Assembly: GCA_964016885.1 (NCBI GenBank)
Contig: OZ024749.1
Coordinates: forward strand, 44,764,001-44,828,000
Direction: 5' to 3'
Length of the DNA: 64,000 nt
Source of the DNA: Eledone cirrhosa
Lineage: Eukaryota
In this document: in pieces, positions 11,744-27,619 of the stretch
Layout of the letters: each line of letters begins with the position of its first letter
Position numbering within the stretch: the first letter of the stretch is position 1
The notes under the pieces: model-generated
What the model saw: the letters and a program-made list of their open reading frames with translations, nothing else
Database searches by the model: none
Told to the model about the DNA's origin: nothing
Program-made: the position numbers and the translations under genes

Positions 11744-12126
11744 GAGGCGGGGGGGGGGGGGGTAAATTAATGTAAATTTTAAGGGGGCTTGAACTTGATA
11801 ACATATATTGACCTAGTATATTCTAGGTATATTCAAGGTATAGTCAATTTGACAAATTTCCAACCGTTTTACATTCTACACAGTTTTAGTGAAATAGCTG
11901 GTGTCGAACCCACAACGTCATGGGCGTAAATCGAAATATCTCTCAATTGGACTAGAATATGAATAATATATATCTATTGTTCGGCCTATTGATATGTATG
12001 TCAATGATTGATTCGTTATTCGATCCTCGACCTCAGATTACACAACATCAATTTTACATTTCAATCACATTTTTTGGCCTGTTATTTTTTCATCACGTTT
12101 TACTCTTATCTAACACAATAACATTA

Positions 12127-12810
12127 TATCCTTACAGGGTCGATAAAATAAAGTACCAGTAATGCACTAAAGTAGAAACAATTATATTAGATGTGGAGTG
12201 CGGTGGACTAGCAATATCGGTAGAGGGTCGGACGCCATGCTTTGCAGCAAAGAGTTACGGCCCTTTATGGTCTGAGTTCAAACTCCGTCGAGGTTAACTT
12301 TGCCTTTCATCCTTACGGGGTCGATAAAATAAAATACCAGTAATACACTGGGATAATTTCTGGCCTTGTGCCAAAAGTAGAAACAATTATATTAGATGTG
12401 GATTGACAGTATCGGTAGAGGGTCGGACGTCATGTTTTGACGTATAGAGTTACGGCCCTTGCCATTCTGAGTTCAAATCCCGCCGAGGTTAACTTTACCT
12501 TTAATACTTACGCGGTCGATAAAATAAAGTACCAGTAATGCACTGGGTAATTGCTGGCCTTGTGCCAAACGTAGAAACAATTATATTAGATGTGGATTAT
12601 ATTAGATTAGAGCGGTGGTTTGGCAGTATCGGTAGAGCGTCAGACACCATGTTTTGCAGCATAGTTATGGCCCTTTGCGTTCTGAGTTCAAATCCTCCGA
12701 GGTTATCTATGCCTTTCATCCTTACGGGGTTAGATAAAATAAAGTACAAGTAATGTACTGGATAATTGCTGGCCTTGTGCTAAAAGTAGGAACAATTATA
12801 TTAGATGTGA
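12127..12810 (+). mobile_element. Tandem array of S1 SINEs (3 full plus 1 partial)
   Basis: Units of about 200 bp, each ending agtagaaacaattatattagatgtg. Confidence 0.85.
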
Positions 12811-13278
12811 CTTTTCTTCTACTTCTGTTTCCAAGAAATTTTCTATCAATACTTTTGAAATGTCTTATACACACACTGCATCACACATATGTATGTATCT
12901 ATGAATCTATCTATCTATTTCCATAGACACCCTTACAAACAGACATACAGACAGGCACACACACTCACACATATAGAGAGACAGATAGATAGATATGTAC
13001 GCTAGTTATATAATCTGCAGATAAGGGATAAAATGTAGTTTGACGGATGTAACATGATGATGTCCATCGTCCACGTACCTGTAGCTGGTGCAGACATTTT
13101 TGAAGCTATAATGCGATATATACTTGGGGTATGGTTCTACAAAGATATGGTTGGTCTTTACATGTCTAGCAATGTACGTATCTGGTGGTGAATTTTGTGT
13201 GTGGATTCGCGGTGTAAATTTTAATGAAATTTTAGATAGCATTGGTGTTTTGTCGATATATATATATATATATATATT

Positions 13279-13642
13279 AGGTATAGGATTATCCTAGATG
13301 TAGTAATGGTTAATTACTACACTGGCTATGGTTGACGTACGGTGAGAGGTTACTCTACGAGTTATGGAAGAATTGTTGAAGAAACTTAGTTCCTGATCCT
13401 TCTGTATTCCGGAGTGTATATAAAGAATGAAAAATGTGCTTACAAATGTTTCCACGGTGGTACTACAGCCTAGTTATGCTGCTCTGAGGATACAGTGGTC
13501 ACAGCATTGGATATTTGAGTTCTGCAATTACTTGTAAATTTGCACATAGCATAGTACCACCAGGCTGTAGTACCACCGTGGAAACATTTGTAAGCAGACG
13601 GAATAAATTAGCTTTTTTGATGTCTACCTGTTATTATTCATT

Positions 13643-13669
<27 letters not shown>
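13279..13669 (-). mobile_element. Family N inverted-arm hammerhead element
   Basis: Inverted repeats 13437-13471/13562-13596 and tataaagaatgaa/ttcattctttata; tail on the left; TA-flanked. Confidence 0.65.
13479..13597 (+). ncRNA. Type I hammerhead ribozyme motif (family N), long stem II
   Basis: ctgct-CTGAGGA-tacagtggt...accaccgtg-GAAA-catttg-TA-agcag. Confidence 0.7.
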
Positions 13670-13694
<25 letters not shown>

Positions 13695-14539
13695 ATATAT
13701 ATATGTGTGTGTGTTTCATTTGGGTTCTGTTGTTATCTTCATCTCACGTACTTCTTTATCTATCTCTGTCTCACCCACCTCTCACAGCCACGCAACCCTT
13801 ACTATATCCCTTAACGAATGTTATAGTTAGTGAATCGGGCATGATTTATTTCATTTAGTAAAAGATAATAAAATTAAATAAAATCAAGACGCAACGAAAC
13901 ACGAGAGGAAATATATGAATAGGTAAAGCGAGCCTTGGACTCTCTCTCTTACTCACTCTTTCTCTCGTACTTTCTCTCTGCCTCTGTCTCTCTCTGCCCC
14001 CTCTCATCCTCTTTCCAGCTTTCTCTGACTATCCATCTATCTCTATTTTTGTGGTAACGTTTATAACAGGTCTGGTCGACTTAGAATTGAAAACGGTAGA
14101 ACGATATCTTCGTGCATGCTTAGATGCGTTCGTCACGAAATCGTTTTGTCTATTCAAACAGAACGAGCCGAGGAGAGGCTTTATCACGAAATCTGCCGGC
14201 ATTATAATCTCAATCCATAGAAATGTTTGCCTGTCGACAGTACATGATGAGCTCTCTTTCTTTCTCACTCACTCTTGTTCTCACTCTCTTCCTCTCTTTC
14301 TCTCTCTCTCGCTCTCTCGCGTATTGTGTCAGCAGCACTGATTTCATTGAATTACATTGGGAATCGCTACCAAGACCCGTGTACGCTAAATATCCAGACC
14401 AGTCGTGATGGATGTGAAAGAACCCGGATATCTATACTTTCCAAAGGCTATTCAAGCATTAAGCTAGCTACCTCGCTAGTCTCAAATTTTCTCTGCTTCT
14501 ATTCTACAAACTCACTATCACCTCAGCCTTCACTTACCT

Positions 14540-14582
<43 letters not shown>

Positions 14583-14934
14583 GTAACAGACAGTGGGATG
14601 GATGGCCTGTTTCCCCACCTCTTAGAAACTAATGTTTCAATTGTTGGTAGTCATGGGTATTACTGGTTGGATGGTGTTGATTGCTGCTTCATTTTACATG
14701 CTTTGTTTTTAACGTTTTATTTATATAGTGTTGTTATTGTTGTTGTGCTGGAAAATTGACGTTGCTCTCTTCTTGTACACGTTTTCAATATTCACGTTCG
14801 TTCAAACGAGTTTTAATTGAGAGATATCTTCCAGAAACCGCTGAAGTAAAGTCACTAGGAAGATAAATGAATATAGTGATGAGTCGATTTCATTTATATT
14901 TATAAATATATATTTCGGTATATATTACTACTAC

Positions 14935-14992
<58 letters not shown>

Positions 14993-15099
14993 ATTATATA
15001 TATATATATATATATATATACATACATCTATATATATATATATCTGTGTGTGTGTGTATGTGTGCGCGCGCGGTAGTAGTAATATACCGACATACATAT

Positions 15100-15137
<38 letters not shown>

Positions 15138-15141
15138 GATT

Positions 15142-15425
15142 GGAGGCATGTGGCCTAGTAGTAAGAGTGTTGGACTTACGATCATAATGTGTGGGATCGA
15201 TTCCTGGGCTGCGTGTTGTGTTCTTGAGCAAAACACTTCATTTCACGTTGCTCCAATATCCTCAGCTGAATATGAGTACCAGCAATAGCTGGAGGTTTAA
15301 CCCTGCGATGGACTGGCGTCCTGTCCAGGGGGCGTCTTGTACTCTCAGTCGCTTCACGCCATGAAATCGGGATAAGCACCGGCCAAATGAACCTTCTGGC
15401 TTAAGACAGACTTTCGACTTTTAGA
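15142..15425 (+). mobile_element. tRNA-derived SINE (family S2) with V-domain-like core
   Basis: A-box tggcctagtagtaag, B-box gggatcgattcc, then gtgttcttgagcaaaacactt and ccctgcgatggactggcgtcctgtccagggg; second copy at 49014-49300. Confidence 0.8.
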
Positions 15426-15451
15426 TATATATATATATATATATATATATT

Positions 15452-15920
15452 AAGGGTGGCCCTTATCAATAGGTAATTTTCGGAAAGTTAACATAGTGTT
15501 GCTCCCAGACCCTAATCTGGTTCCAATCAACATAAAAGCAGAGTGTGCAAAATTCCAGCTCAATCGGACAACTGTTAGACGACCCTCAAACGTTTTGAAA
15601 TTGGAACATAGTATACGCAACGATTAATTCTGTTCAAAAGCGGTATACTGTTCCCTATCTCGATCATTTTCTTTTTTCTTCTCAGAGAAATTGATGTGGA
15701 CACATCCAGGCAACCCTAGCAAATGTTTAAAAACGTTCTGAATCAAATTTGCCATTAGGTAATTTGCAAAATTCCTGAAATAACATGAAAAACTTAAGAA
15801 ATATTAGATTTTCTTAATAAAGCACAGAACTTCTATAAGAGAAACGCATTTTATTTACAACAATAATTTCTATAGAATCAAAAACATGATGTGAACACTG
15901 AACACTGAATATTTGCCTTA
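15452..15920. mobile_element. Possible DNA transposon/MITE fragment
   Basis: Starts taagggtggccct after (TA)n and contains gcaaaattccagctcaatcgg. The first ~35 bp recur as a direct repeat at 16486-16522. Confidence 0.35.
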
Positions 15921-16275
15921 ACCTCTCCTTGCTCTCTTTGCTCTCCTTTTCTACTTGATCTCCTTTTGTCCTTGCTCTCCTTTTGTTCTTGCTCTCCTTT
16001 TCTCATTGCTCTCCTTGCTCGTCTTTTCTCATTGTTCTCCTTGCTCTCCTTGCTCTCTTTTTCTCCTTGCTCTCCTTTTCTCCTGGCTCTCTTTTTCTCA
16101 TTGCACTCCTTGCTCTTCTTTTCTCATTGTTCGCCTTGCTCTCCTTGCTCTCTTTTTCTCCTTGCTTTCCTTTTTTCATTGCTCTCCTTGCTCTCCTTTT
16201 CTCATTTCTCTCCTTGCCTCCGTATTCACCTTGATCTCCTTGCTCCTCTTTTTTCTTGTTCTCCCTATCTCCTTG
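15921..16275. repeat. Pyrimidine-rich minisatellite (CTCCTTGCT-like unit)
   Basis: Repeated ttgctctcc / ttttctca units. Confidence 0.85.
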
Positions 16276-16587
16276 TGTCTATCTACTTGTTTATATACAA
16301 ATACAATGAGCAAAGGGGAGCAAGGAGAAATATGAAAGCAATGATAGTAAGGAGAGTATATATATACATACATATCATATATATATGAATATATTTATAT
16401 ATATATTACTCAATACCCAGCACTCATTTCTCTCACCTGTCAACAAAATACGGATATATGTGTATTAGATATATGGGTATCTGTATGGCCCTTAGCAATA
16501 GGTAATTTTCCGAAAGTTAAAATGTTGCTTCACCCACAGCTTTGCAAGTTGTCTATATATATTATATATATGCAAGTTGCCTATATG

Positions 16588-17175
<588 letters not shown>

Positions 17176-17964
17176 TATGAATGTGTGTGTTAATGAGTAT
17201 ATGTATGTGTGAGAGCCAACCGGCTATCTGCTATCATACCTCATCGAGCTCAACTTTGATTTAATCGTATTCCAATTATTCCATATTTGCCGACCTTGTG
17301 CCACAATTAGAAACTATTTATTAGGCATACTCTATAACGTTTACACATTTAAATCACGAAATACAATATTCATATCTGTCCTATATCTTTAGCATAAATA
17401 TGCGCTTGATTTCATTTATAGTTACATTTTCCCATAGGAAGGATGTATGTGTGAGTGTATTTGTGTAAGTGAGTGTGTGTGTGTCTGTGTGTGACTGTGT
17501 GTATGTGTGCCTGTGTTTGTGTGTTACTTTGTTTGTTGCGTGTGTAGACGAAGAATTTTGAATATATCATTTTCTCTTCAACTTGAAAAGTTCTTTTCAC
17601 TTCATGTCAACAGTTAAATGTTTTTCTCTGTAAAAATCATTTATTATCAATTCAGTAAATATCGAGATATATAGTAGTTCTTGACATTATCACTGTCACT
17701 ACAAGGTATTGTCCAGCAGTAACCACTGGAAGTAATTAAAACTAAGATTCTTTATATTGACATTTTCTCCAAGACGCTCTCTCCTCTTATGTATATTATA
17801 CAGCCCATTTCAGTGTGTCTCTTTACTCTTAATTTGCTGAAAATTTCATTTCATTTCATAGAAGTTTTCATGTAAATATACTGACAATTGATTCTTTACT
17901 TAATTTATTCCATTAATTTATTCCATTCATTACTCTGATATATATATATATATATATATGTGTA

Positions 17965-18114
<150 letters not shown>

Positions 18115-18130
18115 TACATACATATATATA

Positions 18131-18195
18131 TAAGTTGCTTGGATGCGTCCATAGGCGGTATGCCAGTTGAGCACTCTATATTATATATATCCAAC
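18131..18195 (-). mobile_element. Family I tail fragment
   Basis: Reverse complement tagagtgctcaactggcataccgcctatggacgcatccaagcaac, abutting (TA)n. Confidence 0.6.
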
Positions 18196-18435
18196 GTCTT
18201 AATATTCTCTGGTGTTTAGCTACGTTGTTCAACGATTTCTTTTCAATCTCACTGTGGGTATATTCGTGTACCCTCCTTCTTGGGTCGATAAATTAATGTT
18301 CCCTTCCAATACAGAGGTTGCTGACATTGATTACTATATATCCTCTTGGTAAAATATATATAATGTCATTTTAGCGTTTTTGATTATTATGAACATTTTT
18401 CAAGTCAAAATAATTGCCATTATGTGTGATTACTC

Positions 18436-18532
18436 TTTGACTTTGCCGTTCATCCTTACGGGGTCGATAAAATAAAGTACCAGTAATGCACTGGGTAATT
18501 GCTGGCCTTGTGCCTAAAGTAGAAACAATTAT
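18436..18532 (+). mobile_element. S1 SINE, 3' half
   Basis: S1 core and tail match. Confidence 0.8.
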
Positions 18533-18924
18533 TTGTGATTACTGTCTGTCATTGTTTAAGTAGGCACATGATTGTAAAATATATTTTTTTTTAATCACAT
18601 ATACTCCAAAGCAGTATCCTCGTTGGATGATTAAACTTAAAGAAGGGTGAATTTGACATTGATAATCATAACAAAGAAAACATTGATTGGCATTGCTGTT
18701 CCTGTTAATTGTATCACCAGATTATACCTAACACATCCATCCTATACAGAATAACATTCTAGACATAATCATACTACCTATTAATTTGTTGTATATTAAA
18801 TTTATGAGTTTATTATCCAATCTCTGCTTGCTTCTTTAGACATTAGTATGGAATATGAGGGAAATTGGGAATCTTTTTCTAGTAGGTCATAGGACGCCTG
18901 TTGACAGTAGGGTGTGACTATATT

Positions 18925-19030
18925 AGAAACAATCAGGGCCCGACGGCTGAGCTCTTTCCTTTTAGCGAATTCGAGAGTCTGGAATCAGCTGTCGAAACGG
19001 CAGGAACTACACCGTCGGGCTTCGGGACAC
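18925..19030. mobile_element. Degenerate family A palindrome
   Basis: cccgacggctgagctc...gctgtcgaaacggc...ccgtcggg. Confidence 0.55.
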
Positions 19031-19214
19031 ACATATATATATATATATATATATTAGAAAGTGAGGTTTTTTTTCCAAAATGAAAAATAACCGAGGTGTC
19101 CTACACGAGTGAAAGTATAAAGAAAAAAAGATGAAATGGAAAATGCAACTGGAGTCTTATTTAAAAAAATATATATATATTTATTTGGTTCCTTTACGGG
19201 TTATATATATATAA

Positions 19215-19462
19215 TATATTAACAAATGGAAACTATATTAATAAAACCATATTTATTTCATTATACATATTTCAAGCTATCCGGGAGCTTCCAACAGAAA
19301 TGGTCGCATTCTTTAAGGGAATGTCAATTTTTATTTATAAAACTGATCTATATTATATTTTATCTGATGAAAGCACACCATAATTTAACTTGGTCTCCTT
19401 GAAATATGTATATTGAAATAAATATGGTTTTATAAATATAGTTTCCATTTGTTAATATATCG
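19215..19462. mobile_element. Family D element with inverted arms; hammerhead at 19358-19418 (+)
   Basis: Arms about 19215-19276 and 19398-19457; CTGATGA at 19364, GAAA at 19401. Confidence 0.7.
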
Positions 19463-19934
19463 TATATATATATATGTGTGTGGGGTGGGGGGGGGGGGGG
19501 GGGTGAGCGCTTTGAAGTGCAAGTTAAATTCATTAATTTAATTATAGTTAACAACATAAGTTGCACCAACGGCGAAACTACTATTGCATTAAACATTCTA
19601 ACGTCACATACTTAAATGAGTACACATAATTCAACAATTAATATAGAATTATATAAGTAGTTTTAAATAATCCAATAATAAACTATATGAGAAATCTCAT
19701 AAATTTGACCTACGAATATCTTTATTAATTACAAATATAGATAAAACATTGTTTATTCAAAGAAACGAATTTTAACGCGCATTAAACATGAGTTAAAAAT
19801 AAATTAGTCTCGTTTAAATTGTATTGTGAATGTTGGATACGATAATTCAGTATAACAGGAATTCACAATTTGAAATATTAATATTACTATACAATTTGTA
19901 TTCATACATGAAATATTAATAATATTACTATTAG

Positions 19935-20370
19935 GACGGTGGATTGGCAGTATCGGTAGAGAGTCGGACGTCATGCTTTGCAGCATAGAGTTACGGCCCT
20001 TTATGGTCTGAGTTCAAATACCGCCGAGGTTAACTTTGCCTTTCATCCTTACGGGATCGATAAAATAAAGTACTAGTAATACACTGGAATAATTGCTGGC
20101 CTTGTGCCAAAAGTAGAAACAAATATTACTATTATGTCGGCCCTTAAGGGCGGTAGATTGGCAGTAGCTGTAGAGAGTCGGACGCCTTGCTGTGCAGCAT
20201 AGAGTTACGGCCCTTTATCATCTGAGTCCAAAACCCGCCGAGGTTAACTTTGTCTTTCATCCTCACAGTGTTGATAAAATAAAGTACCAGTCACGCACAG
20301 GGGTCGATTTATTCGACTTTCCCCTCCCGCCAAATTGCTGGCCTTGTGCCTATATAAGAAACCATTATTA
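19935..20370 (+). mobile_element. Two adjacent S1 SINEs (the second is a longer subfamily)
   Basis: 19935-20125 and 20150-20370. The second has an extra ggggtcgatttattcgactttcccctcc segment. Confidence 0.85.
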
Positions 20371-21110
20371 TATCGGCCCTAGTGGCAAATAAATGAAATC
20401 TTTATTATTTTTATGATAATTATAGAAAAATATATATTATTAATTTGTTAATACTATTATAAATTTAAAGTGACAGTAAAGAGCTGGAGAATTTTTGAAG
20501 TTGGAAATTACTTTTAAACAATCATTTCGACCTGAGATATTTTCTTTTCTTATTCTTAACCCTTTAGTTACCAATCCAGCCAAAACCGGCTCTGGTCCTA
20601 GGGGAAATAAATAAATAAAACAAAATAAAAAGAAAAAAGAAACACCAATTTTAAAGGTTTTCAATTTAAACTGAAATCAGCCGACACAATTTTATATAAG
20701 AATCTTACATTAAGTTACTTTCTTTGTAATGAAATAATTAATACGTTTGTCCATATCTTGTTTTAACGGCCTGCATTCACCAGAACGTAACTATATGAAC
20801 CATATTTACGTTTTCTGCTCTCTAACTAGTTATCTTTAAACATACTTTTCGTATTCCTTATTCTGTTCTGTTTTTTACTTGCCTTCAAATAGGGTTTACA
20901 CGAAACGTCGTATCATTTGGTCTCTTTCTTGTCGAAGTAAATAGTTTCCTGGATTACAAATTGTTTAGTTTCTCTTTAGTTTCGCTTCAATTTCTCTTTA
21001 GTTTGTTTTAAACTATCAGGATTTAATTGTTGGCACACTTGTATTCTTTGGATTATTTTACATTCATATATATATGTAAATACGAATATATATATATATA
21101 TACCCGCCAA

Positions 21111-21188
<78 letters not shown>

Positions 21189-21593
21189 TATAGTTATAAT
21201 TTTGAAATAGTCATACCGCCAAAAACGGCATATATATATATATATATATGACTAGGGGCATGGGTTATATATGTGTGTGTGTGCATGTGTGCGTATATAA
21301 ATCAATTTATTGAGAAGTAGTTAAGCGAATTATTCTTTTATATGACAGAGACAACGACGCTTGTGTGTATGGGTTGTTCGATGGTATGTCTGCATTTTTA
21401 GATCGAAGCTATTCAAGGGTGTGATGTCTACATGTGATAGAATGTTAAGTACACCAGAACAAAAGCTGAAATTGGATCACATCTTCATATTATTTTATTT
21501 ATGTTTCATTTTATTACGATTCTGAAAATGTTTGACGCAAATTCTGATGCGAACACATGAGTATCACAAAGAACACCCTAAAAGTGTATAAGC

Positions 21594-21643
<50 letters not shown>

Positions 21644-21659
21644 GTATGTGTGTGTGTAT

Positions 21660-21730
21660 ATAGTTGAATAAATGAACAGAGAACAAAAAACAGAGAGGCA
21701 GTACATTTGGTAGGTTTTTAGTTTCATGCT
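21660..21730 (-). mobile_element. Family J tail fragment
   Basis: Reverse complement matches 51543-51605 (tgaaacta..aaacct...gtactgcctctctgtttt). Confidence 0.55.
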
Positions 21731-21732
21731 TG

Positions 21733-21801
<69 letters not shown>

Positions 21802-21871
21802 GTACGCACATACACATATTTGCATAAACTTCTTCACACACACACACATACACTCAGACACACACGCACAT

Positions 21872-21923
<52 letters not shown>

Positions 21924-22198
21924 TCTCAATCAGACTTTCCGATCTTATCGATATTCTCCGTTTGATCTTCCGGTTATTGGTTATTTTGCCGGTTGAATAA
22001 CTTGTCTTTTGTTGCTAATTGTATCTATTGAGTTTCAGTGCAAACTCCAACAGTTGTCTTCTATTGGTGTCACTAACTGATCCGTGTATTCACAAGCCGT
22101 ATAAATATGGGCAATTAACAAGGAACGACAATTACGTAAACGATGTATAACGTTTGTTAGCAAAACACTCTTATGTTTCGCTCTGTCTGTCTCTCTCC

Positions 22199-22235
<37 letters not shown>

Positions 22236-22241
22236 TCTATG

Positions 22242-22285
<44 letters not shown>

Positions 22286-22323
22286 TATATATATATATAT
22301 TCATATATATATATATATATATA

Positions 22324-22361
<38 letters not shown>

Positions 22362-22381
22362 TATATATATATATATATATA

Positions 22382-22460
<79 letters not shown>

Positions 22461-22492
22461 TTATATATATATATATATATATATTTATTTAT

Positions 22493-22524
<32 letters not shown>

Positions 22525-22575
22525 GAGTGTCTGTGTCTGTATGTATATGTGCGTGTGTATTTGGTTATCTCTCTT

Positions 22576-22630
<55 letters not shown>

Positions 22631-22651
22631 GTGGGTATATATATATGTATG

Positions 22652-22702
<51 letters not shown>

Positions 22703-23797
22703 ATATATATATATGTATATATATACACATACATATATATACCTGCACAAATATATATATTTCTTTTTCTCTATTAATATTGCCGATGTAGATAACAATC
22801 ACACCCCACACACAAAAGAACCTCCTAAACACAAACGTGCCCACATGCACACATACACACACATGGATATACACACCTGTGTGTACGCAAGTGTATATAT
22901 AGCTTTTCGTGTTTGTGTGTGCTTTCTCGCTTTTCTTACACACCAGACAAAGAAAAGAACACCAATATTTCAATAGACAGCAGGAGCAAACCGTGCGATC
23001 ATTGAGAACACATACTCAGGAAAGACTATGTAGAACTATTGCTTGAATTTAGGCTTCCCACCTCATATATATGCTTATGGTTGTATACATACACACATCT
23101 GTATACGTTTATTTTTTTTTAATTTTCGGCAAAGGCAGCTGTAAAATATTTTCGGCAAAGGCAGCCCAATATAAAAATTAGACTAATCAGTCGATGTATT
23201 CTTTAGAGAATACTACATATATATACTCAAATGTTCCGGTGTCGAATGAGGAGAAATACACAATCTTGAAACTATTGTAGATTGTTTTACTCTTTACTAA
23301 CTCTGGCACAAAAGGATAACGTTAGTTTTCTATAAAACACATGTCTTATGAGTCTGTTTTCTTGCAAACGAATCGAAATTAACAATATTATTATTGCATT
23401 ATTCACTCATGAAAGCATTTACATGTCAGCTATATTAGAGCGAAAACATTTTTTTTCAATAATAATTTTTTCAATAATATAATATAATTTTGCCATCAGA
23501 AAAATAACTTTATCGTTTTAGTGTAATCATGTGAAATGTCAGACTCTCGTCTTTGCAATAGGCTAAGGAATGCAGTAGTTCTATTTAAAAGGGTTTTGAA
23601 AAATGAAATTTATGTTAGAGATAATAATACAAAAAAAAGAACATTAAGTTTTATATAAGGCTCTGTATATTGTGATATGAAGTATATTGTATAAATAAGG
23701 ATAACAATATAAATAGTGACATAGCATACGTAAATATATTATAACATTGTCTAAAACAGACGTTTTGTTTTGGCAAATATTAATCGCAAATGTTATA

Positions 23798-23957
<160 letters not shown>

Positions 23958-24046
23958 TGCATATATACAGTGTAAAATATATAGTGTCTCCTCCATTTGA
24001 CTTCCGGTTAAATAAAGAAATTATTATTTACTTAAACATATACATA

Positions 24047-24151
<105 letters not shown>

Positions 24152-24327
24152 TATATATATACATTATATATATAATTGTTGACAAGTGAAGTGCAAATAC
24201 CAATTAGTTATTCAATTAGGACGAACAGTAATCATTTGTCTGTGACAGACCCGTAGGCATGTATCCAGATCATATGACGTTGAAGTATGAGTGGAAAAAT
24301 GATAAATAATACAAAATTAAAATATGT

Positions 24328-24420
<93 letters not shown>

Positions 24421-24726
24421 GTGTGTGTAAAGATTAAAGGTAAAAATCTCTATCCAAGAAAAACGAGTGGTAGACTAAATAGGCGAAACTTGTATTTATT
24501 CAGAAAATTTAAATTATAAAAGTCCTTAAAAACTTTGGGAACCAAGTCACAGTGAGAGACCGAGAAGAAATATATTCCCCCTTATTTCATTTGAACTTTC
24601 ATGTAGTGTATGATGGAGGGAAACGTCCACTCCTTAATAGTTTAGCTTGCATCGTTTCCTGGGTCAAATGTAACCAAATATAGTATTTTACATAGGAACA
24701 ACTATGTTGAATCTGTTATTTATATA

Positions 24727-24783
<57 letters not shown>

Positions 24784-24784
24784 A

Positions 24785-24825
<41 letters not shown>

Positions 24826-24879
24826 GTGTGTGCGTGTGTGTGTGTGTATGTGCGTGTGTGTGTGTGCGTGCGTGCGTGC

Positions 24880-24972
<93 letters not shown>

Positions 24973-26309
24973 TGTGTGTGTGTCTGTATATATACGCATA
25001 ATCAGAAAATAATCCATCATCTGATGTCCCTGAATTCACAAATTTCAAAACACGATAATTTTTTAGATAGATATTCATAACAAATGGAAAAGTCCTGTAA
25101 GTCCTTGGAGGGTTTCATAGAACGGTACGACTAGTTTAAGCCAGACTATGTGCCGTCTACTTCTTGAAGAAACGCCAATCTTCCTGAAATGTTCTTGTTA
25201 AACAAAGTTGTGCCGGCGTAAAAGTATTTACAGGAATTTCGAAGCAAAACCACCATGCAAGCATTACTTATCACGTGCTTTATCCCTATTAGTATTAGTG
25301 TTATTTTGTCTGTGTGATGGCGGTGGGGACAAAGAGGTCGTCTCCACAGTATTGTACGTATGATGAGTATGATAGAGTTATATATTGACCTTGAAACAAC
25401 TAGCATACTGGATTTGCTACCAGATATCTAAATAAAGACACTGTTTATGATTTTCATATAATTCTCAGAATATCTAAGAATCTGAATGGAGCTAGAAACA
25501 TAACCTTCTCATTAATAAACTGTTTCTTACAAGAGATTTTGCTATACATACACGGATTTCCAACAAACAGGTGTGTGTCATAGAACCACTGTTGGTTTTA
25601 GGTTGTTTGCTATCAAGAAATTTAAGAGGGAGAATGAAAACGAGTGTAGAAGTTATTTTACATAGAGCATATGATGAAGGACTGGCTTGCGTGTTGTTGG
25701 AGTGTATTTATCAACATCGAAAAATTATTAGCAATTTAATAAACTGATGTTTATTACAGATGCGTAAATATATCAAAAGGAATTGAATATTAATGTAACT
25801 TTATATATTTACAAATCTGTTTAGTTAAATTAAGTAACAGCGTGATATTAGATATTTAAGGTCTTGTGGTTCTAAATCGACTTCTGATTATAAAACTGGC
25901 GTGAAATTCACAAATGAATCTATAGATTATCGTTGATAACATTTAACTGTAGAACAAATGCAGAAAGCCTGGTAGAATCATTCTGTTATAAACTTATTGT
26001 CTCAGGAAATTATTCGTTACAGCTGATGAGAGATCAACTACAGTAGTAAAATTTGCTAAGGATACACCAACAGTGCGGTTATATCACTAATTTATTAGTT
26101 TCCGGATTTCTTATGAATATTTAAATATAATTAAAGGTGAATATGTAAGGTAGCGCAATTGATCTTTACTATACATTGAGCGCGGTTTGGCTGCTATTTC
26201 TAGCAGGTTAATTGATCACTCATCTTTCAGTTATTGTAAATCAATATCAACGAAGAGTGGCAGAGAAAATAAGGACGAATAATGACCGTTACAAGATGGC
26301 ATAAATAAA

Positions 26310-26700
26310 TGTTTCTACTTTTGACACAAGGCCAGCAATTATCCAGTACATTACTGGTATATTATTTTATCGACCCCGTAAGGATGAAAAGAAAAGTTAA
26401 CATATACCGGATTTGGTACGTAAAGGGACGTAACTATGCTAGAAAACATGGCTAGAAAACGGCGTCGAACACTCTAGGGTTACTGCCAATTCACCGCCCT
26501 AAATAATTGATTCTACTTTTGGCACAAGGCCAGCAATTACCCAGTGCATTACTGGTACTTTATTTTATCGACCCCGTAAGGATGAAAGGCAAAGTAAACT
26601 TCAGCGGGATTTGAACTCAGAATGGCAAGGGCCATAACTCTATGCTGCAAAGCATGGCGTCTGACCCTCTACGGATACTGCCAATTCACCGCCCTAAATA
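26310..26700 (-). mobile_element. Two head-to-tail S1 SINEs
   Basis: 26310-26500 and 26502-26697; both have the junction ctgccaattcaccgccctaaataat. Confidence 0.85.
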
Positions 26701-27326
26701 ATATGCCCCATTCACACCTCATTTCTTAGAAATAATAAACAAATTTATATTTACTCGAACTAAAGGAATTCTCTCCCTTGTTTGCTTCTCAGGAATTTAA
26801 CACACCCAAAATGGAGTTTTTGTCGTTAAATCACAAAGCTAATCTCTGGTGATTTGGCTGTTTCAATTCGCTACATATGTATGTATATACCTCCTCATAT
26901 ACACATAAAAGTGTAAAAGAAGAAGCATCTACATATGTCTATACGTTACTAAATCCTACAGGAATGCATCTCCCTGCCGCCCCCATAACACCAATAAGTC
27001 CCAATTAAATCAAATAATAAGAACAAATAAAAGAAATTTACCAGAACATTAAAAATAAACAATAAAATCAATCAATAAACAAAGGAGAGCTAAGTCTAAC
27101 AATAACGTTAAGACAAGAGTCACAAATCAATGGAAGTGGTTGTCAACCGAAGTTTTATAACCCAGTTTTGTTGACAGTTATCTAAGATCCTATCAACTGT
27201 CCTCTCTTTGGTCGTCATTGTAACACTATAACAACTACTACACTATCAGCAATATCAATAAATAAAACAAAATTTGAAATGTGTTCATCCCAACGCAAAT
27301 GACCTGAATAATGGTCGGACACAATA

Positions 27327-27547
27327 AATAATAGTTTCTTATATAGGCACAAGGCCAGCAGTTTTGGGGGAGGGGAAAGTCGATTAAATAGACCGCAGTG
27401 CGTGACAGGTACTTTATTTCATCGACCCCGTATGGATGAAAGGCAAAGTTAATCTTGGCGGGATTTGAACTCAGACCATAAAGGACCATAATTCTATGCT
27501 GCAAAGCATGGCGTTCGACCCTCTACCGATACTGTCAATCTACCGTC
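27327..27547 (-). mobile_element. S1 SINE (long subfamily)
   Basis: Full S1 match on the minus strand. Confidence 0.85.
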
Positions 27548-27619
27548 CTGAGCACTATAAGTAATAATTAAGAAAATTAAGTAAAGTACATTTGTTGAAA
27601 CACTTAATCAACGTATGTA

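Noticed and set aside
12127-12810. CRISPR-like or tRNA gene array
   Set aside because: Units are ~200-bp SINEs with tRNA-like heads only; no cloverleaf, spacers or cas genes.
14029-14470. Possible coding exon
   Set aside because: No recognisable family and no clear splice boundaries.
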